Of a stretch of 64,000 nt of DNA, positions 11,901 to 23,839 are shown piece after piece (within the stretch, counting starts at the first letter, position 1; the number at the start of each line of letters is the position of its first letter). A model generated the notes under the pieces. It did no database searches and had not been told where the DNA came from. It worked only from the letters and a program-made list of their open reading frames with translations. The DNA is from Magallana gigas (lineage: Eukaryota). The position numbers and the translations under genes were made by a program. The stretch spans positions 15,190,001-15,254,000 of the forward strand of contig NC_088862.1 in the NCBI RefSeq assembly GCF_963853765.1, given 5' to 3'.

Positions 11901-14698
11901 TTTAAGAAATGAAGTTGTAGCGCATTGATGAAAAAGTTTTCCGGTCAATTTTTTCTTTGATACGTCGATCAATAGAAAAATTATTATCTTCATTTCTTAT
12001 CATTTAATAAAACATTTTCAAATAAAAAAATGTGAAGTGTCATTGATCAAAAATGTAAATAATGTATATGAAGCGGCGCGTATGAATACAAAACAACAAC
12101 AGCAACAATATTCAAAATGGATTCGCCTTCAGCTGATGCAGAGCTATTGTGCTGAATTTAATGGATTAAACACAAATAGTGAGTTAAAATCTGAACCGGC
12201 TGCATTGAAAACGAAAGGAAAATACATGCGATAGCTTGTGATATTATTCACTGTGCAGAAAACTCGTAATAAAACAAGTTTTCATGTGAGATCGCTGGAA
12301 TATGCAACTGGACATAACAATCCAATGAAAGGCGATCGTGGACGAAAATAGCTGATATGTTGACAAAGAATAGTATGTATAAGCGACTCTTGTAAACGTT
12401 GTGGTAACTATTGATAGCCAGTGATGTACTTAAATGGTATATCTGCCGCTTGGAATGCGCCGAAGGATCAGGAGTTGATGCATTACTCATAGCTTTTCTT
12501 TACGACGCTTATTCTGATGACCGATCATTTACGTGTGTAAATTTAAAAATTATCGTTACCAAATTTGAACAGCAGTGTTACCGTGAAAGTTTATAGGCCT
12601 ATATGTTCGTTATAATATTCCTGGAAAAGGAACAGCCAGCCTCGCTGTAAATGTTGATTGATTTCAAGCAGACGAAATCGTGAGAAGACGCTTAATTTTC
12701 TATCTCGTGAATCAAACAAAGTGTTTTGTTTATTTTTGAAGGTTAAACTTTCAAGTTTTTATATTCACAAGGTTGCATTTTGTTTGCTGACAATAAAACA
12801 CACACAACTTTACATTTTGTTGACAGTGTTTATCTTGGAAATTCCCGTTCTATAAATAGTGTTAGATCAGAACAGTTGAGAAAAGTAGATCCGGCAAAAA
12901 TTTTATTGATGCAGGTATCAAAGAAATTTTTCAACCAATCAGAAGCGTCGATATCTCATCAAACGAATAAATATTAAATGATTCAAAAATCAGTTTGATA
13001 TAAAAAGGAATTTTTGAATGTATGAAATCAGTGATGATCTGTTATAAAAAATTTAGTTGTTTGGTTATAAAAATTTTGTGTTAAGGATATCGCCACATAA
13101 TTTTCCGTGTTTTTTTATTTTATAGAGCAAGAAAGCCCTAAAGAACATCCTACAGAAATGTGTCCATCTACCAGCCCTCGAACCTCTCCTCCACGACGCA
13201 CCTCCAAACATCCTCAAACACGTTGTCGGACAGTTCAGCAAAGTATTACCCCACGACTCCAAAGCCAGGCGCTTATTTGTCACAAGTGCTGGTCTCAAAA
13301 AGATACAAGAAATCAAGGCCGAACCTGGCTCTGCACTGGCTGAATACATCAACACAATCAACAACTGCTACCCAGAGGAAATTGTCAAGTATGTACTCAC
13401 TCCATGCTTAACTTATAATTCAATTTCTTTATTTACCGATTAAGGGCCCTCAAGGGGCAACATGCAGATTGTACATATAACATTTAATGTATATAAAACA
13501 TTCAATAAACATATATACAAGAGGGAAAGAGTTGGATGATTGAAAGAACTAGGAGAGACATGAACTATTAATCACTGTTATTGTATAATTGTAGTACAGT
13601 TTAGGTATTGTAATGCTATAATATACCCACTTTTAGTATCTCAGACTTTCAAATGAATAAGAAAAACTTTAAGTGGTTTCTAGATATAAGAAAGATAAAA
13701 GGTGAAAATGGACTCTTTCTGATTTTTTTTATGGGGGGGGGGGGGGGGGTGGGGGTGGGGGATGTTGAGGAGGGTTGATAGTCTGTGTAAACTCAAAAAA
13801 AATTAAAATTGAAATTTAAAATTAAATTTAAAATCAAAATTAAACCACATGATCGATGTAGAAGTATATATAAATATTTATTTACAGATTGGGGGGGGGA
13901 CTAACCCTTCTGCGCATGTCTCAACAAACACTAGAACACAAAAATAACTAACCCCCCCCCCCCATCTGTAAATAAAGAAAAACACAACAACAGATGATAA
14001 ATAATAAACCCAATGAATAAATTGAAAAATAAATATAAAAGTACATGACTCGTACATACACACTTTATTGAAATGATTATAGTTGTATATGTATACACAT
14101 GTAGACTTTAAAATTAGAAATGATAATTTTAAAAATACTATATAAGGTGTGTCAATGAATGTAACCCTCATATGCTCTCTTCTACACCATGCATCATCAT
14201 TATTGCAAAACTATTGTATAACTATAGCAACTAAAGCTAAAATCAGAATTTTATTGAATTCCGAGTTAAATAATTATTCCGAGTTCAAATAATACCCTGT
14301 TATACATTATGAGGAAGAATTAGACAGGATTTCATTATTAGCTAGGAGATAAATGTAGCATGATGAAATATTTATTAATCTTATTGAGAGTTATCTCCCT
14401 TATCAAAGGATCTCTAAATCTTAAATAAAAACTTTTTAACTATTAACTTCTGCAGTCTTATTTTATCAGGCTTAAATCTTCATGGTCACTTAAAATATGA
14501 CTGTAAAAACAACATTAATTATCTAATTTCTAATCACATAAAATGTGACTGTATAAAAAAGTTCTTTTCTAGTATCTACTATTAAATTAACTTGTTATTT
14601 ATTTATTTATTGTTTTTATTAAATTTTGCAGATACTACTCTCCAGGATATTCCGACACTCTGCTAGAGCGAGTGGAACAGTACCAACCCAGCAAGTAA
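8107..14698 (+). CDS. SPAG6: Sperm-associated antigen 6 (PF16 homologue, armadillo-repeat axonemal central-pair protein), 508 aa
   Basis: Nine GT-AG exons: 8107-8131, 8645-8907, 9265-9448, 9913-10118, 10597-10770, 11032-11184, 11518-11709, 13126-13388, 14632-14698 (1527 nt, frame preserved). Translation MSQRQVLQVFEQYQKARTGFVQTVAELASRPQNIETLQNAGV...YYSPGYSDTLLERVEQYQPSK closely follows vertebrate SPAG6 as recalled. Confidence 0.98.
8915..8985. repeat. (TC)~35 microsatellite in SPAG6 intron 2
   Basis: Pure TC run starting 7 nt after the donor GT at 8908. Confidence 0.95.
11952..12926. mobile_element. Possible ~1-kb non-autonomous TIR element in SPAG6 intron 7
   Basis: TTTCTTTGATAC...ATCAATAGAAAAATT at 11952-11982 is an imperfect inverted match to AATTTTATTGAT...GTATCAAAGAAA at ~12899-12926. 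No clear TSD. Confidence 0.35.
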
Positions 14699-16362
14699 AC
14701 TATAGGACCATTATCTTAATAAAATCATCAAGTGCAAAATGGACACAAATAAACAAGTGCAAATAGGACGCTGAAAAAATTTATGTGACCAAATAAATCG
14801 GACAACAAGAAGATGGAAGAATTTCTTTTTTTCCCCCTGTTTTTCTTTTGTTTGTTAGAGATGTTAACTTAAAAAAATTATAATAGCATTTACATGTTAT
14901 ATTATATGGGGGTGCTGTTGATTTATGCATGTTATTTAGATCTGGTGACATTAAATTACTAAAAGATTTGGAGAAACTTGCAAGAAGTTTGTTAATATGA
15001 ATTAGAATAAGTATTACTGTTTTTAATTAATTAAACTAAAAATTTTGAGTTTAAAAAAGAAAAAATCCATGAAAGTTTGTGTTATTTACAATCATTACAA
15101 AAACCATCATTTCAGGGCTTTAATTCTGTACATTTATATATGATTATTTATAAATATTTCTAATTTCTCTGAAAAGAATGTGATAAGATAATTGAAATTA
15201 TAGTCAATGTTATTGCTATTACTGATTACATATAATTATACAATAAATTTTTCTTAATCTTTAATATCTGCTTTATTCTTTTTTTTTCTGTACAGTTTGG
15301 TTTGCTCTGGCGACCATACTTTTCTGTCATTTTACAAAATATGAAATTCTTATACTAAATGATAAAATTGTGCATCACTTGTACAACTACGAGTAATCAA
15401 TGTACTGCAATAAATGAAAAAGAGAATTGTACACTAAGATGTTTATGAACTCGAGATCAGAATTAAGAGGCGTAATAATGCGAAAATGGGCATAATAACA
15501 TCTTTTCAAAATGCACAAGGGAGTTGAGAAAGCACAAAAATGCGAATATAGACATTATATAGCTTTTAAAAAAGCAAGATGAACGGTTTTTGATGAGTTT
15601 CATAATGGCATAATTAAGCCCTTCTTAAAGACATAATAAGACATTTTTCAAAGGCATAACAGTTTTCAAAATGCGTAATAACACATGTTAAATGCGGGGA
15701 AAAAAGTCGAAATAATGTCTTTTCAAAATACGTTATATTACGCGAAATTTTTTTTTCATCCAGTGTAAAAGTGTAAATGGTATATTTATCGAGTTATATT
15801 CATATCTAGTACTATGGGATTTTTAAAATAATGTTATTATCAATCCAATTTAGTTTAATTAAATTGAATTTACAATTTAAAAAAAAACCCCATACACACG
15901 TCAATTTATTCACATGCAGGATTTGTGCTCAGTTGCATTAAACAAGAAAAAATGGTCTTAAAGCCGAATTATTTTGAAGTACTAATTCTTTGAAAGACAC
16001 TGTCTAGATATAAGAAAGGTGTAAATCAATTAATTATTCTGAGACGCCGGAATTCATGCATATTAAACAACCCGCCTATATTTGGGTAAAAGGGTGGAAT
16101 CTTAAGTCCAAAAAATTTCCTTCTTATTACGCCGAATTAATTTTTCCTTTGAGTAAGGATAATAACTTCACTTTAATATCTTGCATATCTTCCGAATCTT
16201 TTGATCCATTATCAAATAACATTCACCCAATCGTAAACTCTATTCTATCTTTTCACGAGGCGTATATATACATAAATGTTTGAAGGATATATAAGCCTAA
16301 AGAACATACTTTAATTAATTTCACAATAGATTCTGGCCGCGACGGGAAGTGAATGCTGGGAT

Positions 16363-18245
16363 ATGTTGTTCGTGCTGGTTTTAACGTTAATAACGTCTCT
16401 TCTAGACATGTCTGCCTCTGCATATTTGGAAATGAAACTCAAAACTGACGCCAACTACCAAAACGTGATCCCTCTGGACATCAGATACGACATCGAGGCC
16501 GCGTATGACGTCAGTCTTTTAACCTGCTCCTTCAGATGTCTTCAAAACCATCCGTATTGCTGCGCAATTCTGTATAACGAAATCTCGAGATCATGTCGAG
16601 TACTAAATAGTTTTCTAGATGATGGTTTGGTTATGACGTCACATGGAGAAACATGGACATTTCTAACTAAAGAGCAAGGTTTTAAAGCGTGACAAGACTT
16701 GTCATATTTATAATTTTGAATTAACACCCACACCAGGTGCGGATCTCGGATTTTTTTTTCAATTGGAGGGGAGAGGGAGTTAATCCTCACCACCCCACCT
16801 CCTTATATAAAAATCTTCTACTTAGTTTCTACCATGTGAATTTACAAGCAAGGACAAAAAATCTTCCCTGCATGCAATCGAATTGCTAATCTTTCGATGG
16901 AAACTATTGGGAAAAGGTTCCTGTCCACTTCCGGTTTTTTTTAATCCGCGCATGCACCTAGCAAACTCAAATTTTATAATATGACAAGCCTTTTATCATT
17001 TGCTTTTGCAATAATAGCCATAACTTCTAGACATGTAACTTTATAGACTGTATTTATTGTTTTCTGTTCAGTCTGTCCAAGTGGATGGTTCCCATTCAAC
17101 GGACACTGTTACTCTTTTGTAGAGACCAAGTTTAACTGGGACGATGCTGAGGTATGTTAACTGTTCTTGGTATAATTTCTACAACTTTCTGCTAAACATG
17201 GGCATAAAAGTTCATGCACAGAGTATATTTTATTTTACACATTTTCAGAAATCCTGTATGAAGAATGGTTCATATTTGATAGAGATTGGTTCGGAATCTG
17301 AAAACAAGTGGGTCGTGGATTTTTTTGTCAGATCCAAACTACCAGGTGAGATCCAAGGCTTGGTTTACACCGGTTCTTTTTTATTCCCTTTGTCCAACGA
17401 TCAGTACTGTGAACCAACTTTAATTTGCGTGCGAGACATTTTCGCGAGTTTCGCGAGAGTCTCGTCGTCCAGAATTTTTTCACCGCAAACCAGCCCAGTT
17501 CCCAAATTTGGGTGGTATTTATATTTCAGGTAAACTTCATCTTGATCGCGAAAATTGTTCGCCGCAAACTAATTTATTTCCTGTAAATCGCGAAATTAGG
17601 TCGTCGCAAATAAAAGTTGGGTTTCATTATATCGAAGTGTTAACAAAATACATGTTTTGCAAAATGCTTCATTAGAAAATCTAAAATTACCATGTAGGGT
17701 TAATCTTCCTAAAATCATAAGGCCTCATTCAGATAAAAAATAAACTAATTCAGTTTTACTTGATGACCAAATATCAATATACATGTATGATGATATTTAT
17801 AATTCATTCCGATGAAATTAACAGTAAGGTACTTGACTCCAATATATGACCTCAGGATATATACATATTGATATGAAATTTATTTTGATCAATTTATCAA
17901 TACGCATCAAACTATGCCATTTCGTCAGATATAATCATGTAGTTTTTTGCAAACGAAGCAGATATTTTATATTGTTTTTGATCTTAAAAAAACACAGAAA
18001 AATGTGCGGAATATATGGAATGCGCTTTTTGGATTGGGTTTACGGATCAAGCTTTGGAAGGAACGTTCTCATGGAAACATAACAACGAGAACAGTGAATA
18101 CACCAACTGGGGAACAAATGAGCCAAACAATGGCGGCGACGAAGACTGCGCCGTATTCACAGCGCCATCAATATCTTATAAATGGAACGACGGCAGATGC
18201 CCAAAACTGATGATGTCCGTTTGTGAAATGGATACAAACATGTAA
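16363..18245 (+). CDS. Secreted C-type lectin (perlucin/mannose-receptor-like CTLD) with N-terminal PAN/apple-like Cys module, 246 aa
   Basis: Exons 16363-16678, 17072-17151, 17249-17345, 17998-18245 (741 nt, GT-AG, frame preserved). Signal peptide MLFVLVLTLITSLLDMSASA. CTLD hallmarks CPSGW...HCYSF...WDDAEKSC, FWIG, EPN and WND. TATATAA at ~16288. Confidence 0.9.
17405..17629. mobile_element. MITE in lectin intron 3
   Basis: TACTGTGAACCAACTTTAATTTGCG at the left end versus CGCAAATAAAAGTTGGGTTTCA at the right end. A degraded homologue lies in the pseudogene intron (~44195-44365). Confidence 0.5.
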
Positions 18246-18354
18246 TTTTGTTTTATTGAAACGTCAAGATAAACATATATCGTTACATGATTATGGTAAG
18301 TTATTAAAGAGGTTGGATGGCCGTAGTAATTTTTTAGGCTATTGTAATCTCATT

Positions 18355-19138
18355 TAGAAGGAGAGATATGGATAAAGATATAGGAATTTTTTAAAAATAA
18401 TTTTATGGCTAAAATTTTGAGACTTTTTTTTCTTAATAGTAGTATAATAACCGAAGAACACAAATCTTAAATTTTAAGTTTAATGTTGTTTTTTTTGACA
18501 ATCCAGCCTCTTTAATTGTTTTGCTTAACTTAAAGCAAGTTACAAACGTGTACATATCATAATTTTATAATAAGATATTAGTATAATAATGAATAAAAGC
18601 TTTACAGTAAATTTTGGGGTATACATGTACTATAGATCAAGTCGAAGACGCAGATATGTAACATTCTATGGAGTTCAGTCACAATAGAAGTCCACAAACT
18701 TCATTTCTGTATGTCTATCATGTTAGCCAAATCCGAGAACTAAGTTTGTATATACCCAGAAGAACTTTGTATAAAGATACAGGAATTAAAAAAAATAATT
18801 TTATGGCTAAAATTTGGGTTTTTTTCTTATTAGTAGTCTCTATGACCGAAAATCTTAAGTTTAATGGTTATATTTTTGAAAATCCAGCCTCCTCAATTGT
18901 TTTGCTTTACTAAAAGCAAGTTACAAACATGTACATATCATAATTTTATAATGAGGTATTAGTATAATAAGGAATAAAAGCTTTACAGTAAAATTTTGGG
19001 TATACATGTACCAGATTAAGTCGAAGACGCAGATAGGTTATTCTGTAGAGTCAGTCACAATAAACTAGATGTCCACGAACTTCATTTCTGTATGTCTGTC
19101 ATGTTAGCTAAATCCCAAAGCTCAGTTTGTATATACCC
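18355..19138. repeat. Local tandem duplication, two ~390-400-bp copies, 3' of the lectin
   Basis: ATAAAGATA(T/C)AGGAATT...TTTATGGCTAAAATTT...AGTCGAAGACGCAGATA...GTTTGTATATACCC occurs at ~18372-18757 and ~18773-19138. Confidence 0.8.
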
Positions 19139-19899
19139 ATTTAAATATTGACATTGATTTGAAAGGCTGGCAAATATACAGGTACATGCACATGTAACTG
19201 GTACAGATCGCCTTTACATGTACATATACTGTACTTAGAAACAAAACGATATTCTCAATATTCTCTGGAACATGGATAGTAATATGAGCACCAGATTTCC
19301 ACTGAGTCTGTAAAATAAAAAAAAAAAGAATACTTCAATATTAATGATTTTCGTGAAAAATAAAATTACATTAGAATAACATACTTGACAGTTATATATG
19401 TATATGTTATGTTCGACAAATCACAACGGGAATATTCCATTTAATAAGTTCTGCTTAGATTTCCTGATCTGAATTAGCCAATGCGAATAACAATTAAATG
19501 ATTTGTATAATTTTAAAGCTCATTCAATTCAAATAAAGCATGTTAGGATATTATGCAGTGAATACTTTTAAGGAAGATGTCCGGCCATATTGTAGAAACA
19601 TGTAATATGTGGACCAAAAATGTGAACATTATTTTAATTTTTCTTGGCAAAAATTTAACAAAACTGTTGTTAAAATAATTTTAAAAAACCCAAATGATAT
19701 GATGTTTTAAATGCTGTTCTGTACGCAAAATGAGCACACAAGACAGTACAAATTTTAACAACGCCTTTGAATCACAAAGAACTGCGCAGATACAGGCTTA
19801 AACTGATTATCTTAAAATTTAAAAAAATAAAATTATTTATCAGAGGAGGTCATTGGTGTCTACTCTTCAACCATTTGTTGAGGAAAAGGTTGAACCACA

Positions 19900-20640
19900 G
19901 TGGTGGGTCAAATTTTTACATTGGAATCTTTATAGAAAAATCTTTTTAAAAAACCATTTGGTCAGAAAAGCAATAACTTGTGCGGAAGAAACATCAGGTA
20001 GTGTAGATTCAAATTTGTTCAAATCCTATGGAGAAGGGTGGGGCAACAATAGAAGGTGGCAACACTTTACATAGGCTATAGAGAAAAATATAAAAAAAAT
20101 TCTCTAAAAATATTCCAAAGAAAAGCTGTAACTTGATTAAAGAGCATCCTCAGATGTAGATCGAAGTTTGTAAAAATCTTGATTTGCGGGAATAGGGTGA
20201 GGCCACATTGGGGGAATTTTTTTCTCCAAAAACGCCAATGTCATAATACTATTACATGATGCTACTTATTTGCAAGCATCTTGACCTAATGTCAATCCTC
20301 AATCGTTTAGACTGTGGCCCCTTTGACAATTCGTGGGTCCCACAAGGGTTTCAAACTTTGATGTAGATTTATATACATTTACATAAGGAATTGTTCAAAA
20401 TAATTGCAATGCTCAATAGTAATATAACTATGAAATCATCCTGTTAGTTGCAATAGGCGCCCAATGTTTAACTTAAGAATGTCTGGAAAAACAATCAAAA
20501 CTCTTTCCATACAGGATCTATTCTACTATATTGTCAATATATTATTTTTTTATTTGACTCCAAAAAACTGATTTTAAAATGGCTAGTGTTGCACAGGCGA
20601 GCGATGTGGCCCATAGGTCTGTTACGTTTTGGCCCGTTTT
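19900..20640 (+). mobile_element. Degenerate Helentron-type remnant with decayed Cg170-like monomers (opposite orientation to 23840-27590)
   Basis: GGTAGTGTAGATTCAAATTTGTTCAAATC at ~19997 is the reverse complement of the satellite monomer. CAGGCGAGCGATGTGGCCCATAGGTCTGTT at ~20595-20624 resembles the subTIR/hairpin end. Confidence 0.55.
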
Positions 20641-21560
20641 TGGCATATAAGTTCAAGAAATGTTTATACATATTTGCACAGTACATTGAAATTAATGTCA
20701 AAACATGACTGGTCCATATGCATATTTGGTCCACATACGTACAAGATTGCTGAATATCTTCCTTAAAATATCTTAATGCAAAAAATCATTATAATAGTAA
20801 AAAGATCAAATGTCCACCCCCCCCCCTAAGTATTGTACTACACGAACATGAAAAGATTGTGGCTTACTATAATGCAAAACGTAACGCACCTCACTGAATT
20901 TGATCGCAAATCCGGATTCTGTGAATCTGTATCCATGTTTTCTGTCTTTTGACGATTCTTTCTAACCAAGTCATAGCATGTTTGATCTAAAATTTAAAAC
21001 AAATTAAAGTGAAAATATTAAAGGTGAATAATTGAACAGCAAAAATGTACGTAATTTACAATAGATCAATTTTTATGTCGAACAATAGCTAGGCATTGTC
21101 GTGCTGAAATATTTATTTCCCAATCCTTAGACCTTTTGTTCAGCCATTTTTACATGTAAACAAACTGTACCACTTCACTTTACGGGGGTGACGATGTTGC
21201 TTAGAAAATCCTATTTGAGGCAAGTAAAGAGACGATATCAGTAGTTAGTTGTAAGAAAAATTTAATGGTTCTAATTGTTTTTACATAATTTGCGTATATA
21301 TAAGGTTAATCAGTCCAGAAATAGTGCACGTTGTTGTGCGCAATAGATACACAATTTTTTCAGTGGGTCGTCCATCCGTTTTTTTTTCATACCGGGAGCT
21401 AGAGACCTGCAGCTATGTTTATTATATATAACACAACAGTAATATAATCAATATGCATGTACGATGACTATTGTACTTATGCACATGCATATACAAGTAT
21501 ATGTACAATGTTTGTAAAATACCAGCATAAAATAACATATAACGTACACAGTGAACAATG

Positions 21561-22376
21561 CACCCCTGCGAATGTTTTCTTAATCATTGCTAAGTACGTA
21601 ATAAATCCAGAGGTGCTGGAATGAAAGTTCACGAGACTTCACCAAATTTTGTTCAGTTCCTGAGAAATTTCGAGCGGAAGTATTAGTGTTTTGATAATAT
21701 TCTCAAAATACGTAAGTACTGGTCGTTTTTCATAACTTATCCTACTTTGATTTATGTTAAGACATGAAAATCTATAAAGATACATGTCTTATTTCATCAT
21801 TTAAAGATTACTATTACTACACGATGATATTTAGAACAGAGTTATCGTTCGTGTTCAACCACTCTACACGTGGTTGAAAGTATAAACATTGGGTTGCCTA
21901 ATAAAATCATAGCCATGTTTAAAGCTTTTGGCATGCAATACCATGCTTTTAAAAAAAAGAATGAATGTCTGTTTTATATGAAAACTTAGTTTATCGAGAT
22001 ATTTTAAAGGAACATTCTGCATTAAATATTATAGTCTGTTTTACTATTGTTTCTTATGCTAGGTCAGGCGCGGATAAAAAATTAATCCTATAAGGAGGGT
22101 CGCTATACTTAGCATGTTAATTGTTGCAATAGCAGAAAAAACGTATGATTTCTATTCTTTGTGATATTTAATTCTAGAACTCATTTTTTCTACCAATTAA
22201 TGAAGATAAATTTTAAAATCAATAGGCTCTAGATTTTATATTTGACTACAAGACTAGTACCTATAGATTCTAGGAAATAGACTATAAACACGAGGCACGA
22301 ATTTTACTGCGAAACTGAAAGGGTCAAATAAAACTACGTATTAGAAATTTAAATGACAACAACATTCGCAGGGGTG
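21561..22376. mobile_element. 816-bp non-autonomous DNA transposon with CAC termini and 4-bp TSD (Chapaev/CMC-like)
   Basis: Perfect 16-bp TIR CACCCCTGCGAATGTT/AACATTCGCAGGGGTG. AATG duplicated at 21557-21560 and 22377-22380. The paralogous empty site GTGAAC-AATG-TTTACA at 49809-49812 has one AATG. Confidence 0.85.
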
Positions 22377-23839
22377 AATGTTTACATTCAATTTGATGCT
22401 TAACTGGAATAGAATAGAACCAGTGCATGGACATGGATTAAATAAATATCAAAAGTACGTACTAAACAGACATCTCGTAACCATACACTTAGGCATAAAG
22501 TCTTTTGAACGCCTGACAATGTACGAACACATCCGAGTCGAATGCTCAGAACCATGAAATTCAAATGAAAGCTGTTTTCACTGAGAAATCAGCGCTGGCA
22601 GTAAGGATTTTGTCACTTATACAAGGCAGGTGATGAAACCAAATACTAATACCATTGTAAAATGAGTGTTTGAAAATATGAGCATGGTATAAGTAAAGAA
22701 AGATTTTTTTAAGTGTGCAAAAGACTTGAAAAAATAATTATGCATTTCCAAAAGCAATTAGAAAAACCGTAGTATTTTTGTAGTTACCCATGATGCATTT
22801 CAACTCAGAAATGTCATTCAGCCGATTGGTCAGTTTGTGGATTACGTCAGTGTCTCATTTAGTATGTAAATTAATTCCTACGCCACTTTCAATAGTTTCC
22901 CGACCTATTTAAAATGGATAGGTTTCCATTTTTCGTCAACAGGGCAAAACTGTTATTGTATGTAAATTAGTCATAATCGAAATTTAGAACAAACTTGCTG
23001 CAAAGAGATATGACAACGCTAATGCTTCTTTGGTATTGTAAACAGAAAAAAACTTTAAGTCAGTTGGTTAGAAATGAAATGTGGTGATAACAAACAGTGT
23101 TCAGATTTGAAATTTCAAAGGAAAAATACAAAACAGAAGCTGAGCAAACACGGCCCTCTAAAAAAATATAGGTAGGATCAGGCGCCATGTAGACGTGATC
23201 ATCCTCTGCTGACCCTAATCAGGTTTTTCTTCAAAACTACGTACTGTTTTTGAAATTGTTTGATCTTTTGGTTGATCTTTACTTCTTGCCAAGTTCATGG
23301 GGATTAATCTCATAAACTGTAGGTTTACAGCAAAACTTGCATACGATAAAATGATGCATTTGATGTATATGCATTCGGATTTGTCACAAAAATTACCAAT
23401 AAATGAATTTCAAATTTTTGCACTGTCAATATACTCTACGTTTGGATTATATCACAAAAAGAATATTATATCCTGTTTGGGTGATTGGTCTCAACCTGCT
23501 ATTTTAAAGTGAAAGTAAACATTTCAAATCTTTATAATTTGTTGGATTTATATCTCGTCGAGGCAAGAAACAAACGTTTTATTCCAATAGGAAGTTTGAA
23601 GGATATCCAAGTTCAAGGCTGAAGCGGACAGATTAAATTCATTCCATTTTAATCAAAACAAGCAGCCAAAACTTTGGGCATAAATTTTTCGAATTAGTAG
23701 AGTGGAACGTCCATAAGTATCAAAAAATCTCGCCAACATTTGTAACCGAGATTTAATTCTTGCTTATCACAGCAAATGTGTAACTTTGTAACTCTATCAA
23801 AAATTTGGGATGTCAACCCCAATTTTCCCCAATCTGAAA

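Noticed and set aside
13733-13960. Poly-G/C tracts as G-quadruplex regulators (also 4618-4633, 41467-41480)
   Set aside because: Such runs are common in abundant oyster repeat fragments, and nothing here indicates function.
15470-15750. Degenerate CATAATAA/TTTTCAAA repeats as a regulatory array
   Set aside because: Irregular spacing and a similar tract at ~41590-41690 point to an old dispersed repeat.
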